Both the position numbers and the translations under genes were made by a program. Positions 52,936 through 64,000 of a DNA stretch of 64,000 nt are shown piece by piece; position 1 is the stretch's first letter, and each line of letters opens with the position of its first letter. The notes beneath the pieces were generated by a model. That model made no database searches and had not been told where the DNA came from. It was given only the letters and a program-made list of their open reading frames with translations. Source of the stretch: Amoebidium appalachense (taxonomy: Eukaryota; Protista; Ichthyosporea); assembly GCA_963693365.1 (NCBI GenBank), contig CAVNZM010000015.1, positions 5,526,624 through 5,590,623 on the forward strand, in the 5' to 3' direction.

Positions 52936-55639
52936 TCTCTCCACATAAATCTTCAACACCTCCCCTCTTTGCTCGCCTTGCTACCCTACCTGTTTCCACA
53001 CGCTACATTCTCGTCTTTTTGTTGGGTTGCGGTATGAGCTCTAGTCGTGCGCTGAAACAAAGAAGCATTGGGAGAGGGTGGATGGGTGTTGTGGCGCGAG
53101 ATGCACGTACCTATGTTGTTGTTGTAATAGTCGAAGGACCTGTGATAAAAAGGTATCTAGATAAATGGTGTAAACAGAGAGTGTATACAGAGATACGTCG
53201 ATGTGTATGCCCCGATATGTGCATTGCGCACGTGATTTTGTATGCACGAAGGGGATCGAGCCGAGCAGGATCTCAGCTCATAGCTATTTTTGTGTTTTTT
53301 AGAAATGCACGTGCACGTGCTTTCTGGATTATTCTAGAAACTGCCGCCACCCCCAAATTTAGGCGGGCGGCCGGGAGACCTGTGGTCTCTTGCAAATCTC
53401 GTATGTCGTATCTATACTGTTTAGAGAACTGCGAATGGAGGAAAAGTGTTAAAATTTAAAGGGACAAAGAATGCAGCCCATGCCTATATATGGTAAGGCG
53501 CGTATATATATAGCTTGGCTGGGCTTGGGGGGTGGGCACCGGGACGGGCTGGCTGGTTGGCCCCCTCTGCCTGTGTGTGTGTGCAGGTGCATGCACACAG
53601 CCCCATAAATGGATATGTCTGTAACAATAAATCACGTAGCATTGCAAAGTTCACATGTTGTGAAATGTCAACCGCACCGCGGGATCGAAATCTATCGGTT
53701 CGTGTTAGATTTAGACGATATCATAAGAGTCACGAAGTTGGTAACACGGTGCTGTGCATGTACACATAAATTTACAGTTTGCAAGCATTCCAACACTTAA
53801 AACTCGGTGACGATGTGACGATGTGGCGTGTGTGTGGGGGGGGAGAGGGGAAAATAGGGAGGGATGATTGCCGTTGTCGATTTCTCGGCCCAGCCCCTCC
53901 CTTCTCTTCCGCGGTTCTGCAGCAGTGTATACGTATGTGCTCACTTGAGCTAGACGGTGGGGACAAGGTGCCTAGGTAGTCACGGAAGGGGGGGGGGAGG
54001 GGGGTGGCTAAATATAAACGAACGTACTGCCTGCATCACATGTCGGGCTAGGACTAGGCGGCGAGAGGGGGAGGGAGGCGGGGGAGAGGGGGGGGGGGGG
54101 GGGGGGGGAGCTTAGGGTCTTTGAATGTTTTTGAGTAAATAAATATGCAGTTCAGCTTCGAATTCGGATATCAACTCCGACGCAAAAATATTGCACTGAG
54201 AAGGCTTGGGAAACGATTAATTTCTCTCGGGCACTTGTTTTCTTTTCTTTTACGTAGCAACTTAACTCGGGACGTCCGTGTTACAGTCCGGGACACTGTG
54301 TGGCCCCTCCCCCGCCGGGCCCGCCCCCCCCCCCAGGCCCCCCACCCCGGGGGGGGGGGCCCTGGGCTAACAATGGAACGTGCATGTTGAAAGTCACACA
54401 CTGCTGTGAGTTCTCACGCCCGCCGACACATGTCCACACAGACCGAGTCTCGCTTGCACTCTGTCAACCTGCGTCGTCACATCCCGTGAGAGTGTACAGT
54501 AACATAAATGTGTTTAAAAGTTGTGTATCCAGCTTGCGGCTCGCGCTATCCACGGGCTAGAGTGGATGATTAGAAATACTCTGTATTCACAGCCGCACCC
54601 TCCCCCCCCCCCTCCCCCCCCCCCCCCCCCCCCCCCCCCCTTTTTCACCTACGCCCGACCCCGCGGATATACTTGTCCCAGACCCTTCTATGCTTCCCTC
54701 CACTCTCACACCCAGACTGGGTGCAATCAATACTGGGCCTTCCAACAGATCATTCGTATTCAACTGAAGCAGCTACCGTTCACACCCATGCAGTACATCA
54801 CCCCCTCGGCTGGTATAAGGCTGTGTTTGATGGTGAGCGATCGTGGCCGCGGTCCTGCTGCCAGCAACATAGGCACGCCATCCCGGAGCAACGTGTACCA
54901 TGTTGAAAGGGATTGCACCGCTCACTCCTTTTTGCCCATGCTCTTGAGGGCTTAGTTGGGCAATCAACCATTCCGAGGCAACACACACGGGCCGCAAGAA
55001 TGCAATGGCCACCCCCAACCATGCTGCCCCATATTGATGCGACATCTGGTGACTCATGCAATTGGAAAAAAAAAAGAGCACTTTAAGGATGTGGCTGTGC
55101 AACTAAACACATGATATGAGGATCTTTAGCAATAATGCTACCACCTGGCATGGACGTCATTTCTAGCATGGGCCGAACTTCACGTACGTGTTCGCTTCAC
55201 GTGGGCAACAGAGCCTCTGACACCAGCTCCGAGCCAGGTTACGTAACAGGCTGGACAATTTATGGAAGACATTTTCCTGATCATATATCCATTTAGTATC
55301 CAGTTATTTGACACATTACTTCAAATAGCTTTGTGAAATGTTGTATATCTCGGCTATACAAATATGATGAATCAAATTACCGGCAAAGACTCGTGGTACA
55401 CACAGTCTCGTGTGCATTGGGCAGGCACACACACGCACGCTCGTGACCACACTCGGAGAATTAGCAAGGCCGGGACTCTGGAAATTTCCGCTACAGATTT
55501 TTATTTTATCAACTAGGCACATAAGACTAGAATAGAACATCCTTCCCCACATCTTTCATCCCTTCCTCTCTGCCTTTTGAAGGCCTACCATATTGCTACA
55601 ACGCAAAGAGAAGTTGAGGGGGTGTGAGAAATCGCAAAC

Positions 55640-63786
<8,147 letters not shown>

Positions 63787-63820
63787 GTTGGTGGTCACCC
63801 CCATGCATGCACGCACACGC

Positions 63821-63989
<169 letters not shown>

Positions 63990-64000
63990 CAGTCCTACTT

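Overview
Eukaryotic nuclear DNA, very rich in poly-G/poly-C, (GT)n/(AC)n and (GA)n/(CT)n tracts, so almost all ORF-track calls are repeat artefacts. The gene content suggests an opisthokont, possibly an ichthyosporean-like unicellular holozoan (inference only). Spliced genes built by hand: METTL15/RsmH (minus strand, central exons missing), a candidate Scm3/HJURP-like CENP-A chaperone, a p62/SQSTM1-like PB1-ZZ-UBA receptor, an RGS-domain protein, a C2H2 zinc-finger factor ending in WRPF, and the 5' part of BTAF1/Mot1. Also present: an intronless secreted protein, a decayed LINE, MITE-like elements and minisatellites. The main unusual signal is a dispersed family of group IIA intron-like RNA fragments in nuclear DNA. 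These comprise a near-canonical catalytic domain V with a decayed domain VI (13828-13915), a foldable domain I (16362-16800), and diverged domain I-related pieces in sense orientation near the 3' ends of four BTAF1 introns, three of them carrying the likely branch-point motif. Other oddities: poly(A) tracts directly before acceptor AGs, strong frame-independent CACGTG enrichment, and 25-35 bp palindromic insertions with target-site duplications. Misassembly at homopolymer runs is a standing caveat.
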